A DNA stretch of 64,000 bases from an uncultured Chloroflexia bacterium (GTDB lineage: Bacteria; Chloroflexota; Dehalococcoidia; DSTF01; JALHUB01), in contig OY969814.1 of NCBI GenBank assembly GCA_963703345.1, positions 2,208,001-2,272,000 of the forward strand. The letters are read 5' to 3'. Positions within the stretch are counted from its first letter, which is position 1. Every line of letters starts with the position of its first letter. Positions 20,299-30,777 of the stretch are shown in pieces. The notes under the pieces are model-generated. The model was not told where the DNA came from. It saw only the letters and a list, made by a program, of their open reading frames with translations, and ran no database searches. The position numbers were made by a program, and so were the translations under genes.

Positions 20299-20725
20299 CA
20301 CTCGTACCGCATCCTAATGTTCGCCTTCGGACTCTGCGCTTGCGTGTTGGGAGCGTCATTGTATCACGGAGCGATGGGATCGTCGAGTGCCGCGAGCCCC
20401 TTACAACCGCGCCTCGACTCTGCTATCCTGACTCCAGCCCTCGATACCAATCGCCGGAGCCGCGCCATGCCGCCTTTCAACTACTTCCGCCATCGCTTCG
20501 CCGGTCCGCGAACCCGATGTTTTCGCTGCATTTCTGCGCCATCTTCCAGCCTGCCTGTAGGGATTCACTTCGCTCCCGTCCAGATTCAAAGAAATGACGA
20601 AAAAACGATTGAATTCAACTGGTCAATTAAACGCCCGTCGCCTCCCTCTCAAGGTGCATCTCCTTGCCCCTGCTCCCCGATTCGTCTAACATACTCCTGC
20701 AGCCTGGGCACAGGAGTATCCCCCC

Positions 20726-22798
20726 ATGAAAGAGTACAAGACAGAGGATATCCGTAACGTCGTCCTCATCGGCCACGGCGGCACCGGCAAGACCACCCTC
20801 GCCGAGGCCATCCTCTTCGCCGGCGGCGCCATCAACCGCCTCGGCCGCGTCGAAGACGGCACGACGACCTCCGACTACGACCCCGACGAAATCAAGCGCA
20901 CGATAAGTATCAACCTGTCGCTCCTTCCCTGCGAGTGGAAGGGCAAGAAGATAAACGTCATCGACGCGCCGGGCTACGCGGACTTCGCCGGCGAGATGCG
21001 CGCCGCAGTCCAGGCCGCCGACGCCGCCGTCGTCCTCGTCGACGCCTCTGCCGGCGTCGAGGTGGGCACCGAGACGTCGTGGGCCGCCGCCGACGCGTTG
21101 GGCTTGCCCCGCGCGGTGCTCATCGACCGCATGGACCGCGAGAACGCCGACTTCGCGCAGGCGCTCGGCCAGGTGCAGTCGTTCTTCGGCAAGAAGTGCG
21201 TCGCGCTGCAGCTTCCCATCGGCGCCCAGAGCTCGTTCAGCGGCGTCATCGACCTGCTGGCTATGAAGGGTTATTCCGGCGAGAAAGGCACGGAGGGCCC
21301 CGTGCCCGACTCGCTGTCCGAGCAGGCGACGCGCTACCGCGAGCAGCTCGTGGAGGCCATCGCGGAGACTGACGACGAGCTGCTGACGAAGTACCTAGAC
21401 GGCACGGAGCTGACGGCGGAGGAGCTGACGCGCGGCCTGCGCGGCGGCATCGCATCCGGCGCCGTAGTGCCCGTGCTCGTCGGCGCGGCGGCGAAGAACA
21501 TTGGCACGGCGCCGCTGCTCGACACGCTCGCCGCCCACTTTCCATCCCCCAAGGAAAGGTCTCCCATCAAGGCGAAGCACGCATCGACCGACCAGGAGGA
21601 GGATCTGAAGGCCGATCCCGCCGGTCCGCTGGCGGCGCTCGTCTTCAAGACGACGGCCGACCCCTACGTCGGCAAGCTCACCTACCTGCGCGTCTACTCA
21701 GGCGTCCTCAAAGGCGACTCGCAGGCCTGGAACTCGAACCGGTCCACAATGGAACGCATCGGCCAGCTCTTCGTCGTGCGGGGGAAGGCGCAGGAGCCGA
21801 TTCCCCAGCTCGTCGCCGGTGACATCGGCGCGCTGTCGAAGCTGGCGGAGACGTCAACCGGCGACACCCTGGCGACGAAGGAGAAGCCGCTCGTCCTGCC
21901 GCCGATAACCTTCCCGACGCCCGCCTACAGCGCCGCCGTCCACCCGAAGACGAAGGCGGACCTCGACAAGATGGGCACAGCGTTGAGCCGCATCGTCGAG
22001 GAGGACCCGACGCTGCGCGTCCACCGCGACGCCGACACCAACGAGACGATTCTCTCCGGGCTGGGCGAGCCGCACCTGGAGGTCGCGGTCGAGAAGGTGC
22101 AGCGCAAGTTCGGCGTTGGGCTGGAGCTGACGACGCCCAAGGTGCCATACAAGGAGACGATAACGGCGGCCAGCACTTCGGAGTACACGCACAAGAAGCA
22201 GACCGGCGGCCACGGACAGTACGCGCGTGTTGCTATCAAGCTGGAGCCTCTGCCGCGGGGAAGCGGATTCCAGTTCGAGGACAAGATCGTGGGCGGTGTG
22301 GTGCCGAAGACCTACATCCCCGCAGTCGAGAAGGGCGTCCACGAGGCGATGCAGGAGGGCGTGATCGCCCGTTACCCGCTCGTTGACGTCAAGGTGACGC
22401 TTTACGACGGCAAGGAGCACCCCGTCGACTCCTCGGAGATGGCCTTCAAGCTAGCGGGCTCGGCGGCGCTGAAGCAGGGCGTGAACCAGGGCCGGCCCAT
22501 CCTCGTCGAGCCGATCATGACCCTTCGCGTCACGGTCCCGGAGGCGAACACCGGCGACGCCATGGGCGACCTCAACAGCAAGCGGGCGAAGGTGCTGGGG
22601 ATATCGCCGCAGGAGGGCTACAGCGTCATCGAGGCGCTGGTGCCGCTGGCGGAGGTGCAGCACTACGCGACGGACTTGCGCTCCATAACGCAGGGCCGCG
22701 GCCACTACGACCTGGAGTTCGACCACTACGAAGAAGTGCCGGCGCACCTGGCGCAGAAGATCATCGACAAGGCGAAAGAGGAAACCAAGTCCTCCTGA
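20726..22798 (+). CDS. fusA: Elongation factor G paralog (EF-G2 type)
   Basis: GHGGTGKTT, DAPGYADF, KKQTGGHGQY, VDSSEMAF; RTISI for RGITI and DRMD for NKMD; outside the str operon. Confidence 0.9.
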   Translation: MKEYKTEDIRNVVLIGHGGTGKTTLAEAILFAGGAINRLGRVEDGTTTSDYDPDEIKRTISINLSLLPCEWKGKKINVIDAPGYADFAGEMRAAVQAADAAVVLVDASAGVEVGTETSWAAADALGLPRAVLIDRMDRENADFAQALGQVQSFFGKKCVALQLPIGAQSSFSGVIDLLAMKGYSGEKGTEGPVPDSLSEQATRYREQLVEAIAETDDELLTKYLDGTELTAEELTRGLRGGIASGAVVPVLVGAAAKNIGTAPLLDTLAAHFPSPKERSPIKAKHASTDQEEDLKADPAGPLAALVFKTTADPYVGKLTYLRVYSGVLKGDSQAWNSNRSTMERIGQLFVVRGKAQEPIPQLVAGDIGALSKLAETSTGDTLATKEKPLVLPPITFPTPAYSAAVHPKTKADLDKMGTALSRIVEEDPTLRVHRDADTNETILSGLGEPHLEVAVEKVQRKFGVGLELTTPKVPYKETITAASTSEYTHKKQTGGHGQYARVAIKLEPLPRGSGFQFEDKIVGGVVPKTYIPAVEKGVHEAMQEGVIARYPLVDVKVTLYDGKEHPVDSSEMAFKLAGSAALKQGVNQGRPILVEPIMTLRVTVPEANTGDAMGDLNSKRAKVLGISPQEGYSVIEALVPLAEVQHYATDLRSITQGRGHYDLEFDHYEEVPAHLAQKIIDKAKEETKSS

Positions 22799-22982
22799 CG
22801 CCTCCGCGCGGCGCTGCTCCGTCCTCCAAAGGGCCCACTTCTACCGTTTCACCCGTCACTGATACGCGGCTTCACCGGCGACGATTCAGGGAGTGCTCCT
22901 ATCGCCTGAATAAACATGCTATGATCCGTGCGACCGCCTGCTCCCGCTCGGCCTGACCTCGACCGTCGAAAGGAGCGCCTCT

Positions 22983-24272
22983 TTGCCCGACACGGCTGTC
23001 GCGGCGCTGATACTCGGCCTCACCTATCTCGCGATCGCTTCCGAGCGCGTGAACCGGACGGCCGCGGCGCTTGCCGGCGCCGTCGCCATGATCGCCGTCA
23101 AGCTCGACGGCTTCGATCAGACCGCCGCCTTCGCCGCCATCGATTTCAACGTCATCTTCCTGCTGGCCGGCATGATGATCCAGGTCAGCGTCCTCTCGCG
23201 CACGGGCGTCTTTGAGTGGCTGGCGACACATGCGGCGGCGATGACCCACGGCAGCCCGGTGCGCATCCTCATCGCCCTCTCGCTGGCGACGGCAGTGCTG
23301 TCGGCGTTGCTGGACAACGTAACGACCGTCGTGCTCATCGCCCCGGTGACGATATCCGTGGCCAGCGCGCTACGCATGAAAGCGACGCCGCTCCTCATCT
23401 CGGAGGCGATAGCCTCGAACATCGGTGGCAGCGCCACGCTTATCGGCGACCCCCCGAACATCGTCATCGGCAGCGCCGCTCACCTCGACTTCGTCTCTTT
23501 CCTGGTGAACGTGGCGCCCATCATTGTGCTCATCCTTGCCATTTACCTGGCGGTGGCGCCGCGGCTGTTCTCGTTGCATCTTCTGGAGACCGAGTCACGG
23601 CGGAAGCGCATCGAGGAGATGGAGACCAAGACACTCATCCGCGACCCGGCGCTCCTTCGCCTGTCGGGCGCCGTGCTGGGTCTGACGCTCGTCGGGTTCG
23701 GCCTGCACGGCGTCCTCGGCTACCAGCCGGCGACTGTGGCCCTTTTCGGCGCAGCGATCGTCCTGCTGCTGGGACGGCAGAACGTCCATAACGTGCTTCT
23801 GGACGTCGAGTGGTCTACGCTGCTGTTCTTTGTCGGACTGTTCATCGTCATCGGCGGCACGGAATCCGTGGGGCTGCTGAGCGACGCCGGCGACAGGCTG
23901 GCGAGCGCGACGCATGGCAACGCGACGGCAGCTTCGATGGTCGTGCTCTCGTTTTCGGCGCTGGCGTCGGGCATTATAGACAACATCCCTTGTACGACGG
24001 CAATGCTTCCTGTCGTGCGTCAGGTGGGCACGAGCATCGGCGGCGGGGGCGGCCCGGGCAACGTGCTGTGGTGGTCGCTGTCGCTGGGCGCCTGCCTGGG
24101 CGGCAATCTGACGCTAATCGCTGCATCAGCGAACGTGCTGATGGCAAATCTGGCAGCGAGGGAAGGGGAACGAATCCGCTTCTGGGAGTTCTTCCGTTAT
24201 GGCGCGCCGGTTACCGTGCTTTCGATTGCCGTCTCGGCGGTGTACTTGTGGTTGCGCTACCTGCTGTTCTAG
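22983..24272 (+). CDS. ArsB/NhaD (SLC13-like) anion permease
   Basis: SALLDNVTTV, NIGGSATLIGDPPN, IDNIP, LGGNLTLIAASAN; TTG start with GGAG RBS. Confidence 0.9.
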   Translation: MPDTAVAALILGLTYLAIASERVNRTAAALAGAVAMIAVKLDGFDQTAAFAAIDFNVIFLLAGMMIQVSVLSRTGVFEWLATHAAAMTHGSPVRILIALSLATAVLSALLDNVTTVVLIAPVTISVASALRMKATPLLISEAIASNIGGSATLIGDPPNIVIGSAAHLDFVSFLVNVAPIIVLILAIYLAVAPRLFSLHLLETESRRKRIEEMETKTLIRDPALLRLSGAVLGLTLVGFGLHGVLGYQPATVALFGAAIVLLLGRQNVHNVLLDVEWSTLLFFVGLFIVIGGTESVGLLSDAGDRLASATHGNATAASMVVLSFSALASGIIDNIPCTTAMLPVVRQVGTSIGGGGGPGNVLWWSLSLGACLGGNLTLIAASANVLMANLAAREGERIRFWEFFRYGAPVTVLSIAVSAVYLWLRYLLF

Positions 24273-24279
24273 TTATTTC

Positions 24280-25941
24280 CTAGGCGTCTTTCTTCGTTGC
24301 CGGCGGACCGGATTCGCTCGCCGAATTGGGCTTCCACGCCTCCGGCACGTCGACGCGCATGTGGTCGCGGCCGAGAAAGTAAGTCAGCCAGGACGACTGC
24401 CGCTGAAGCTCCCAGTTCCGCGTGATGACCGGCATGTTGCGCATCTCCTCTTCGCGGCCCGCCGCCTTCAGCCGGTTATAGACGCGCACGTAGAAGCAAT
24501 CGCGGTCCGGGTAGACCTCGCACTTGCCGCGGAAGGAGCCGCCGCAGGGGCCGTTGCGCAGGCCTTTCGGACAGCCCGACTCCGGACAAAGATAGGCCAA
24601 GTGCGGCAGCGCGCAGTCGCCGCACTCCTGGCAGCCAACGCCGACTTCTTTCGACAGCTTCTCGACCCACTGCACGCCGCCTCGGAGGAGTCGATTTCCG
24701 TCGGCGACGTGGGCGGCGCGCTGCATGGCGCGAAAGCCTCGCGTGCCGGGCTGGAAGACGGCGTCGTGGAGGGCGCTCATGGCGCGGAAGTGCAGGCGAG
24801 GGCCTCCCTCCGGGTTCGCCAGGCCCTTGCGATCGACGGGCGTCGCGGCGTTGAGGCCGGTGGCGGCATCGGTCTCGAAATAGTAGAACTGGCGCTCCGC
24901 CGGCTCTATCGGATAGACCATCGTCCGCATGTGCTCCTGCCAGTCGGGCTGGAACTCAGCCGCGCGGTCGATTATCTCCTTCGCCTCCTCCACCTTCAGG
25001 CCGAAGCCGCCCAGATGAACGCCCTGGTAGCCGAGCCCGCGCACCACGGCGAACATCTTCGCGGCGCGCTCCAGGAAGCGCGGCCGGCCCTCCTTACCCT
25101 TGGGAAACGACTCCAAGTAGCGCAGCAGCGCGTCGGGCACGACGGCGCCGGGCACCTGGTTCGCGTTCATCGTGCGGGCGACGCCGGCGTTGAGAACGTA
25201 GACGTTGCCGATGACCGGCACTTCGACGCCTTGCAGGTCGAGGTGCTGCTTCAGCTCCTGCACCTTGCGCATATCGTAGCCGAGCTGACTGATGACAAAG
25301 CGCGCCCCGGCGTTCAGCTTCCGGTGCAGCTTGTAGTACTGCGTCATCTGCTCGGCCTCCGTCTGCTTGAAAGGCGAGACGCAGGCGCCGACGAAGAAGT
25401 CGCAGGCGGGCGCTGGCGCCCCCTTGCGGTCGACATCGACCAGGCCGGCGTTCATGTCGCCGAGGAGCTTGATGAGCGTGACGGCGTCGAGGTCGAAGGC
25501 CGGCTTCGACGCGCCCCAGTAGCCCTCCTTCGGGTAATCGCCTGTCAGCGCGAGGATGTTCCGCAGGGCCATCCGCTCCAGCGCGTAGCCACGCGAGACG
25601 GCGCCGTTGCGCGTGAGGTCCTTGCAGGTGAAGTGGACGATGCAGTCGAGGCCGACGGCCTGTATCTCTCGCGCCAACTCGTCGGGCATAATGGCGTGGC
25701 CGCCGCCGGGGTTGTCGGTAAGGCTCATCGCGTGGATGCGGCCGTCGGCCGCAAGCTCTTCGGCATCCTTGAGGAGCGTATCGATGCCGCGACCGCTCGG
25801 CCCGGCTGCGGGCACCGCCTCCAGCGTCACGACGAACTCGCCGCGTTCCAGCGCGCTCCGAAAGCGGCTCGGACGCGATGAGGCGTCGATAGCAGATGCG
25901 TCAGGAGCTGTATTCGATAGTTCTTCCGCCACGCGCGCCAT
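24280..25941 (-). CDS. metF: Methylenetetrahydrofolate reductase fused to C-terminal MetV-like Cys-rich domain
   Basis: LTDNPGG, HFTCKD, LALTGDY, KLNAGARFVISQ; C-terminal CQECGDC..CP...CPKGLRNGPCGG...CE..C; start uncertain. Confidence 0.85.
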   Translation of the reverse strand: MARVAEELSNTAPDASAIDASSRPSRFRSALERGEFVVTLEAVPAAGPSGRGIDTLLKDAEELAADGRIHAMSLTDNPGGGHAIMPDELAREIQAVGLDCIVHFTCKDLTRNGAVSRGYALERMALRNILALTGDYPKEGYWGASKPAFDLDAVTLIKLLGDMNAGLVDVDRKGAPAPACDFFVGACVSPFKQTEAEQMTQYYKLHRKLNAGARFVISQLGYDMRKVQELKQHLDLQGVEVPVIGNVYVLNAGVARTMNANQVPGAVVPDALLRYLESFPKGKEGRPRFLERAAKMFAVVRGLGYQGVHLGGFGLKVEEAKEIIDRAAEFQPDWQEHMRTMVYPIEPAERQFYYFETDAATGLNAATPVDRKGLANPEGGPRLHFRAMSALHDAVFQPGTRGFRAMQRAAHVADGNRLLRGGVQWVEKLSKEVGVGCQECGDCALPHLAYLCPESGCPKGLRNGPCGGSFRGKCEVYPDRDCFYVRVYNRLKAAGREEEMRNMPVITRNWELQRQSSWLTYFLGRDHMRVDVPEAWKPNSASESGPPATKKDA

Positions 25942-25993
25942 CCCTTCCGATGCGCCGGCTCTCGAGGCGGTCTCCTGGCCGTCACCGCCGCAG

Positions 25994-27631
25994 CTAGATG
26001 AGACGGATCGTCTGGCCGGAGGAGTCGACCTGCATGAGCTCTGCGGCCGACACCCGCGGCAGACCGGGCATCGTAACAATGTTACCACAGAGCATGACGA
26101 TGAGCCCGGCGCCGGCGCAGAGGCGGACCTCGTTCACGCGGACTTTGAAGTCGCGGGGAACGCCGCGCAGCTCGGCGTTGTCGGAGAGGGATGCCGGCGT
26201 CTTGGCGACGCAGATGGGCAGGTTGCCGGCGCCCAGCATCTCGATCTGCTCGATGCCTGCGAGCGCCCGGCGGTCGTACTCAACGCCGGATGCACCATAC
26301 ATCCGGATCGCTATCGTTTCCATCTTTTCGCGCACCGGCAGGTCGAGCGGGTAGAGAAAGCGCAGCGACGAGGAGCCTTCGTTCGCGACCTTCATGACGC
26401 CTTCGGCAAGCTCGACGGCGCCAGCGCTGCCCCCAGCAAAGCCATCGCAGACGGTCGCAGCCACGCCCAGCGCCTCGCAGCGTCGCCGCACTTCGTCTAG
26501 CTCCGCGTCGGTGTCGTCGGCGAAGCGATTCATGGCGACGATTGGGACGACGCCGAAGGCGCGCACGTTCTCGACGTGCTTCGCCAAGTTGGCGAAACCG
26601 GCGTCCAGCGATCCGTCACCGTGGTACTTGAGAGCGCGCACGGTTGCCACGACTACGGCGGCGCTCGGCTCGAGCCCGCCGATGCGACACTTGATGTCGA
26701 AGAACTTCTCGGCGCCGAGGTCGGACCCGAAGCCCGCTTCTGCGACAGCATATTCAGTCAGCTTGAGCGCCATGCGCGTGGCGAAGAGCGTGTTGCAGCC
26801 GTGGGCGACGTTGGCGAAGGCGCCGCCGTGAATGAACGCCGGTGTATGGTCGATCGTTTGCACCAGATTGGGCTGAACGGTGTCGCGCAGGAGGATGACC
26901 ATCGCCGCGTCGCCGCTCAACTGCTCGCAAGTGACCGGCTCTCCCTTAAAGGTATAGCCGACGATTATTCGTTTGATCCGCTCGTGCAGGTCCGCCGTGT
27001 CCTGCGAGAGGCTGAGGATGGTCATGACCTCGGACGCAGGCGTTATGTCGAACCCGTCGCGCCGCGGGAAGCCGTTCGCCGTGCCGCCGAGGCCGACGAT
27101 GATGTCGCGAAGAGCGCGGTCGTTCAGGTCGATGACCCGCTTCCAGGTGACGCGGCGGGAGTCGATCTGGAGCGAATTGCCGTAGTAGAGGTGGTTATCG
27201 ATCATGGAGGCGAGGAGGTTGTTCGCCTTCGACACGCCGTACATGTCGCCGGTGAAGTGGAGGTTGATGTCTTCCGCCGGCACCACCTGGGCGTAGCCGC
27301 CGCCGGTCGCGCCGCCCTTCATCCCGAAGTAAGGTCCAAGCGACGGCTCGCGGATGCAGACGCCGGCCTTCTTGCCGAGGCGGCCTATGGCGTCGGCGAG
27401 GCTGATGGCGACGGTGGTCTTCCCTTCGCCGCTGCGGGTGGGGGTGATCGCCGTGATGAGGATGAGCTTGCCGTCGGGTCTGTCGTGGCGCTCCTGGAGG
27501 ATGGAGAGCGGAAGCTTGGCGATGTAGCGGCCGTGCGGGTTGATCGTGTCAGCGTCGAGCCCGAGGGCCCGCGCCACTTCGGCGATCGGCAGCTTCTCGA
27601 CGCTCTGTTCGATTTCCAGGTTCGTCTTCAC
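25994..27631 (-). CDS. fhs: Formate--tetrahydrofolate ligase
   Basis: TPT..GEGKTT, GMKGGATGGG, INLHFTGD, FANVAHG, EAGFGSDLGAEKF, TMPGL; start set to GTG 27631. Confidence 0.95.
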   Translation of the reverse strand: MKTNLEIEQSVEKLPIAEVARALGLDADTINPHGRYIAKLPLSILQERHDRPDGKLILITAITPTRSGEGKTTVAISLADAIGRLGKKAGVCIREPSLGPYFGMKGGATGGGYAQVVPAEDINLHFTGDMYGVSKANNLLASMIDNHLYYGNSLQIDSRRVTWKRVIDLNDRALRDIIVGLGGTANGFPRRDGFDITPASEVMTILSLSQDTADLHERIKRIIVGYTFKGEPVTCEQLSGDAAMVILLRDTVQPNLVQTIDHTPAFIHGGAFANVAHGCNTLFATRMALKLTEYAVAEAGFGSDLGAEKFFDIKCRIGGLEPSAAVVVATVRALKYHGDGSLDAGFANLAKHVENVRAFGVVPIVAMNRFADDTDAELDEVRRRCEALGVAATVCDGFAGGSAGAVELAEGVMKVANEGSSSLRFLYPLDLPVREKMETIAIRMYGASGVEYDRRALAGIEQIEMLGAGNLPICVAKTPASLSDNAELRGVPRDFKVRVNEVRLCAGAGLIVMLCGNIVTMPGLPRVSAAELMQVDSSGQTIRLI

Positions 27632-27825
27632 TCTCGGCCCGCCTGTCTCCGGCAAACGTCGCGTACCAAACGGCATCGGACGCGACGGCTTCGCTTCGTC
27701 GCCGTTAGCATACCGCATAGAGAAGGATACGTTATGATTATCGGATAGAGGAAGGCGCGCCATTCCCCCAGGACGGCGTCGACGGTCGCCCGCGCTTGCG
27801 CGACCTGGTTTGCTATAATCGCCCC

Positions 27826-28959
27826 ATGTTGAATCGGCGTTCCCTTTCACTCGGTTTGGCGGCGCTGGTCGTCCTCTTCGCTGCAGCATGCGGCAGCGGC
27901 GGGCAAACGGCGCCACCTTCGCCCACAGTCGCAATCCCCACGGATACTGCCGTCGCCAGTCCCGAGCAAGTGGCCGCGGCAAGAGCCGTCTTCAGCGTTA
28001 TCGGCGCCAACGAGCCCGGCTGCTCGGTAGCGGTCGGCGAGGATGGCAACGTCGTCTGGGCAGAGGGCTTCGGCCTGGCGAACGTAGAGACGGGCGCGCC
28101 GATAACGCCGGACACCGTCTTCGACATCGCGTCAACGTCGAAGCAGTTCACCGCGACGGCGATCCTGTTGCTCGCTCAGGAGGGGAAGGTCGACCTCGAC
28201 GCTCCGGTGCGACGTTACCTGCCGCAGCTCCCGTCGTGGGCGGACCGCGTGACCTTGCGTCAGATGATGCACCACACGGCCGGCATTCCGGAATTCATCG
28301 GTCTGCTCGAAATGCGCGGCTTCACGATCAGCTTGCCGACGACCGCGGAAGACGCGATGGCGGCGCTGGAAGCGGTCCAGGAGCTCGACTTCGAGCCCGG
28401 CACGCGCTTCAACTATTCGAACTCGAACTACTTCCTCTTGTCGCAGGTGGTCGAAGCCGTTACCGGCCAGACGCTGACGGCGTATCTCCGCGACACTATC
28501 TTCGTGCCGCTGGGCCTGAAGGCGGTGATGGACCCCGTCGCCACGATTCCGGGAAAGGCCGTGCCATACCGCCTGGAGGGCGAAACGTGGATTTCCGACG
28601 CGGTACCCTGGGGGCAAACGGGTTTCAGTGGCGTTCAGACCACCCCGAGCGAGCTCGTGCGCTGGGCCGCTCAGTACTGGGACCCGACCATCGGCGGCGA
28701 GCAATTGCTGGCGGCCCGCAGCGAGGGCGCGGTCCCCTATCCGTTCACCGATTGGCTGTACGGCGCCGGAATCTTCATCGAGCCGACGGATAGCGGCGGG
28801 AAGCTGTTTGAGCATCCCGGCGACTGGGGGGGATACGTGGCGCAGTTGCTCATCCTGCCGGAGGAGCGTCTGGCCGTGGCGGTTTCGTGCAATCGCATCG
28901 AGTCGGTTGACTCGACTGATCTAGCGCGCAAGGTGATGGCTGCTTGGCGCGGCGGGTGA
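27826..28959 (+). CDS. Serine hydrolase (class C beta-lactamase-like) lipoprotein
   Basis: Lipobox FAAAC, SxxK (STSK), YSN, HPG; TGcTATAAT 6 nt upstream of ATG. Confidence 0.88.
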   Translation: MLNRRSLSLGLAALVVLFAAACGSGGQTAPPSPTVAIPTDTAVASPEQVAAARAVFSVIGANEPGCSVAVGEDGNVVWAEGFGLANVETGAPITPDTVFDIASTSKQFTATAILLLAQEGKVDLDAPVRRYLPQLPSWADRVTLRQMMHHTAGIPEFIGLLEMRGFTISLPTTAEDAMAALEAVQELDFEPGTRFNYSNSNYFLLSQVVEAVTGQTLTAYLRDTIFVPLGLKAVMDPVATIPGKAVPYRLEGETWISDAVPWGQTGFSGVQTTPSELVRWAAQYWDPTIGGEQLLAARSEGAVPYPFTDWLYGAGIFIEPTDSGGKLFEHPGDWGGYVAQLLILPEERLAVAVSCNRIESVDSTDLARKVMAAWRGG

Positions 28960-29039
28960 GGCCGGCGGGGAAAGCAGGTCGGCGAGATGTGCTAAGTGGC
29001 GGGCCTTGGGTTGGCCGTTCTTGTGCCGTCGGGAACGCG

Positions 29040-29068
29040 TTGACAGGCGTCGAGGGCGGCAATAGAAT
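29040..29068 (+). promoter_or_regulatory. Near-consensus sigma70 promoter (likely original tRNA-Gly promoter)
   Basis: TTGACA-17 bp-TAGAAT, 11 nt before the tRNA 5' half. Confidence 0.8.
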
Positions 29069-29076
29069 TGGGAGCG

Positions 29077-29117
29077 CGAGCGGGAATAGCTCAGTTGGTA
29101 GAGCATCTGCTTCCCAA
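29077..29117 (+). repeat. Truncated tRNA-Gly 5' half (att-like direct repeat)
   Basis: 41 bp identical to 33579-33619, ending at the end of the anticodon loop. Confidence 0.92.
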
Positions 29118-29265
29118 ACATTTGTTCGCTAACGCTGTCCTTCGAACTCGCACACCCTCACCGAAAACCTCACAGTTATCAACTGTTCACGCGCCAGCCG
29201 AATAGCGCATAACTGACCGAAACTGGCGGTCGCTGGGCTTCGCGGGCGCGCGCTTCCTAACCCTG

Positions 29266-29437
29266 CTATGCGGCCCGCGCCCGCTCGTCTGCCGTGAGCA
29301 GCCGCTTTCGCAGTCGCAAGCTCTTCGGCGTCACCTCCAGCATCTCGTCCTCGGCAATCCACTCGAGCGCTTGTTCGAGCGACATTCGCACCACTGGCAA
29401 GAGTTGCACGGCGATGTCGGACGTGGACGAGTGCGTA
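29266..29437 (-). pseudogene. typA: 3' fragment of GTPase TypA/BipA
   Basis: ...[32 protein letters not shown] matches the BipA C-terminus; only about 55 codons, no GTPase domain; 5' edge approximate. Confidence 0.8.
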
Positions 29438-29603
29438 TCCCATTTTGGGACTATGGGGCGGTTCATCGGTCGTTGTTCGAGAGCCGCTTTGCAGCAACAA
29501 AACAGTCGCGATACTCCTGCCTAGCCTTCGGGCACGAGCAGGTCAAGCGCCACTCGCTTACTTAAATCCCTGCCTCGTGCGCCTGATTCCGCGGGTCCGT
29601 CAC

Positions 29604-30665
29604 TCAGTTGGGGCCGGCCTTGAAGGCGACGATCTGTCCGCGCCAGTTGGCGGACTGGCCCCCGCTTATTGTCCCGCTTGTAGAGTAGGTGCCGGTCGTG
29701 TAGACGATCAGGTCAGCGGCGCTGTAGTCGTACTTGTTATTGCCATGGCCATAGGTGTCCAGTTCCAGCGTGAACGAGTTCGACCAATCGGTTATGTGGG
29801 CGCCGCCGTCGGACGTGGAGCCGACGACGAGCAACTCGACCGACTGTGCGGTCGTCACGCTGCCCGAAGATGGGCCCCCGTCGTACCCCGTGGCGGAACC
29901 TGTCTGGTCCAGCGGGGATACCGTCTTTATTCCGCTGTATTCCAGGAGGCGAAGGCCGAGATCAGTGGCCGTGCCGACGGTAACGGTGACATTCTTATCG
30001 GCTGAGCCGGACGATATCTTGTAGAAGATAGCCTGACTCGGTGTGCCACTCTCGTTGATGGCACTGGACCAGCCTGAGGGCACGTTGATGACCGTGCTGC
30101 CAAGCCCGCCTACGATTGCGACCAGAAGGTGGTTCGCCACCGGGTTTGGCGAGAACGACGCGGATACGCTTGTCGCACCGCTCGCGTCGCCATCGGCCGT
30201 CTGGATTAGAACCGGGAGCTCCGGCACGATCACCGTCCGCTGGTTGCTCGCCTGGGAGGTCCAGTTGCCGAGCTTGCCTTCGATCTCGTAGCAGTAGTAG
30301 CCTGCGGCGCCGGGAGTGTCAGTGTAGCTCGTCGTGCCGACTGTGGTAACCGTACTGAACGATCCCGGCGGACAGGCGCTTGCCCCGCGGAGGACAATCG
30401 ACTGATTAGACGGATCGCCCGGCGGCGGCGTCCAGGAGAGGGCCACCGTGCCCGTCGCGCCGGCGCCAGAGGGAGTGGGTACAGCCAGCGTGGGCGCGCC
30501 GAGCGAGTTGTTGCCGAGCACGTTGGTGGGGTTGCCGGTCCCAGCATTGATCGAAGCATAAGTGAAGGTAATGGCGTTACTGAGCACGACGACTAGTACT
30601 ACAGTAAGCGCCGTCAGCAATCCCAACAATCGCTTGGCGCTGTTTGTGTTTCGCCCTGGTGGCAC
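29604..30665 (-). CDS. Secreted Ser/Thr/Gly-rich protein with SipW-type signal peptide and FN3-like domain
   Basis: Hydrophobic leader ending FTYAS..NPTNVLGN; VALSWT...TSYTD...YCYEI beta-sandwich pattern. Confidence 0.7.
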   Translation of the reverse strand: MPPGRNTNSAKRLLGLLTALTVVLVVVLSNAITFTYASINAGTGNPTNVLGNNSLGAPTLAVPTPSGAGATGTVALSWTPPPGDPSNQSIVLRGASACPPGSFSTVTTVGTTSYTDTPGAAGYYCYEIEGKLGNWTSQASNQRTVIVPELPVLIQTADGDASGATSVSASFSPNPVANHLLVAIVGGLGSTVINVPSGWSSAINESGTPSQAIFYKISSGSADKNVTVTVGTATDLGLRLLEYSGIKTVSPLDQTGSATGYDGGPSSGSVTTAQSVELLVVGSTSDGGAHITDWSNSFTLELDTYGHGNNKYDYSAADLIVYTTGTYSTSGTISGGQSANWRGQIVAFKAGPN

Positions 30666-30777
30666 AGCTGTACTCTCTGTGCTAAGTCATATGGCTTAGC
30701 TTGCTCCTGACTTGGGATCGGACTCCCGATGAGGGAGGAGTATTCCTCCCCCTTAGGTTATCGGCGAGTTGTACCTC

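Noticed and set aside
27632-27810. Possible ZMP/ZTP or THF riboswitch upstream of fhs
   Set aside because: A hairpin is present but I could not find the conserved cores; an Rfam scan would be needed.
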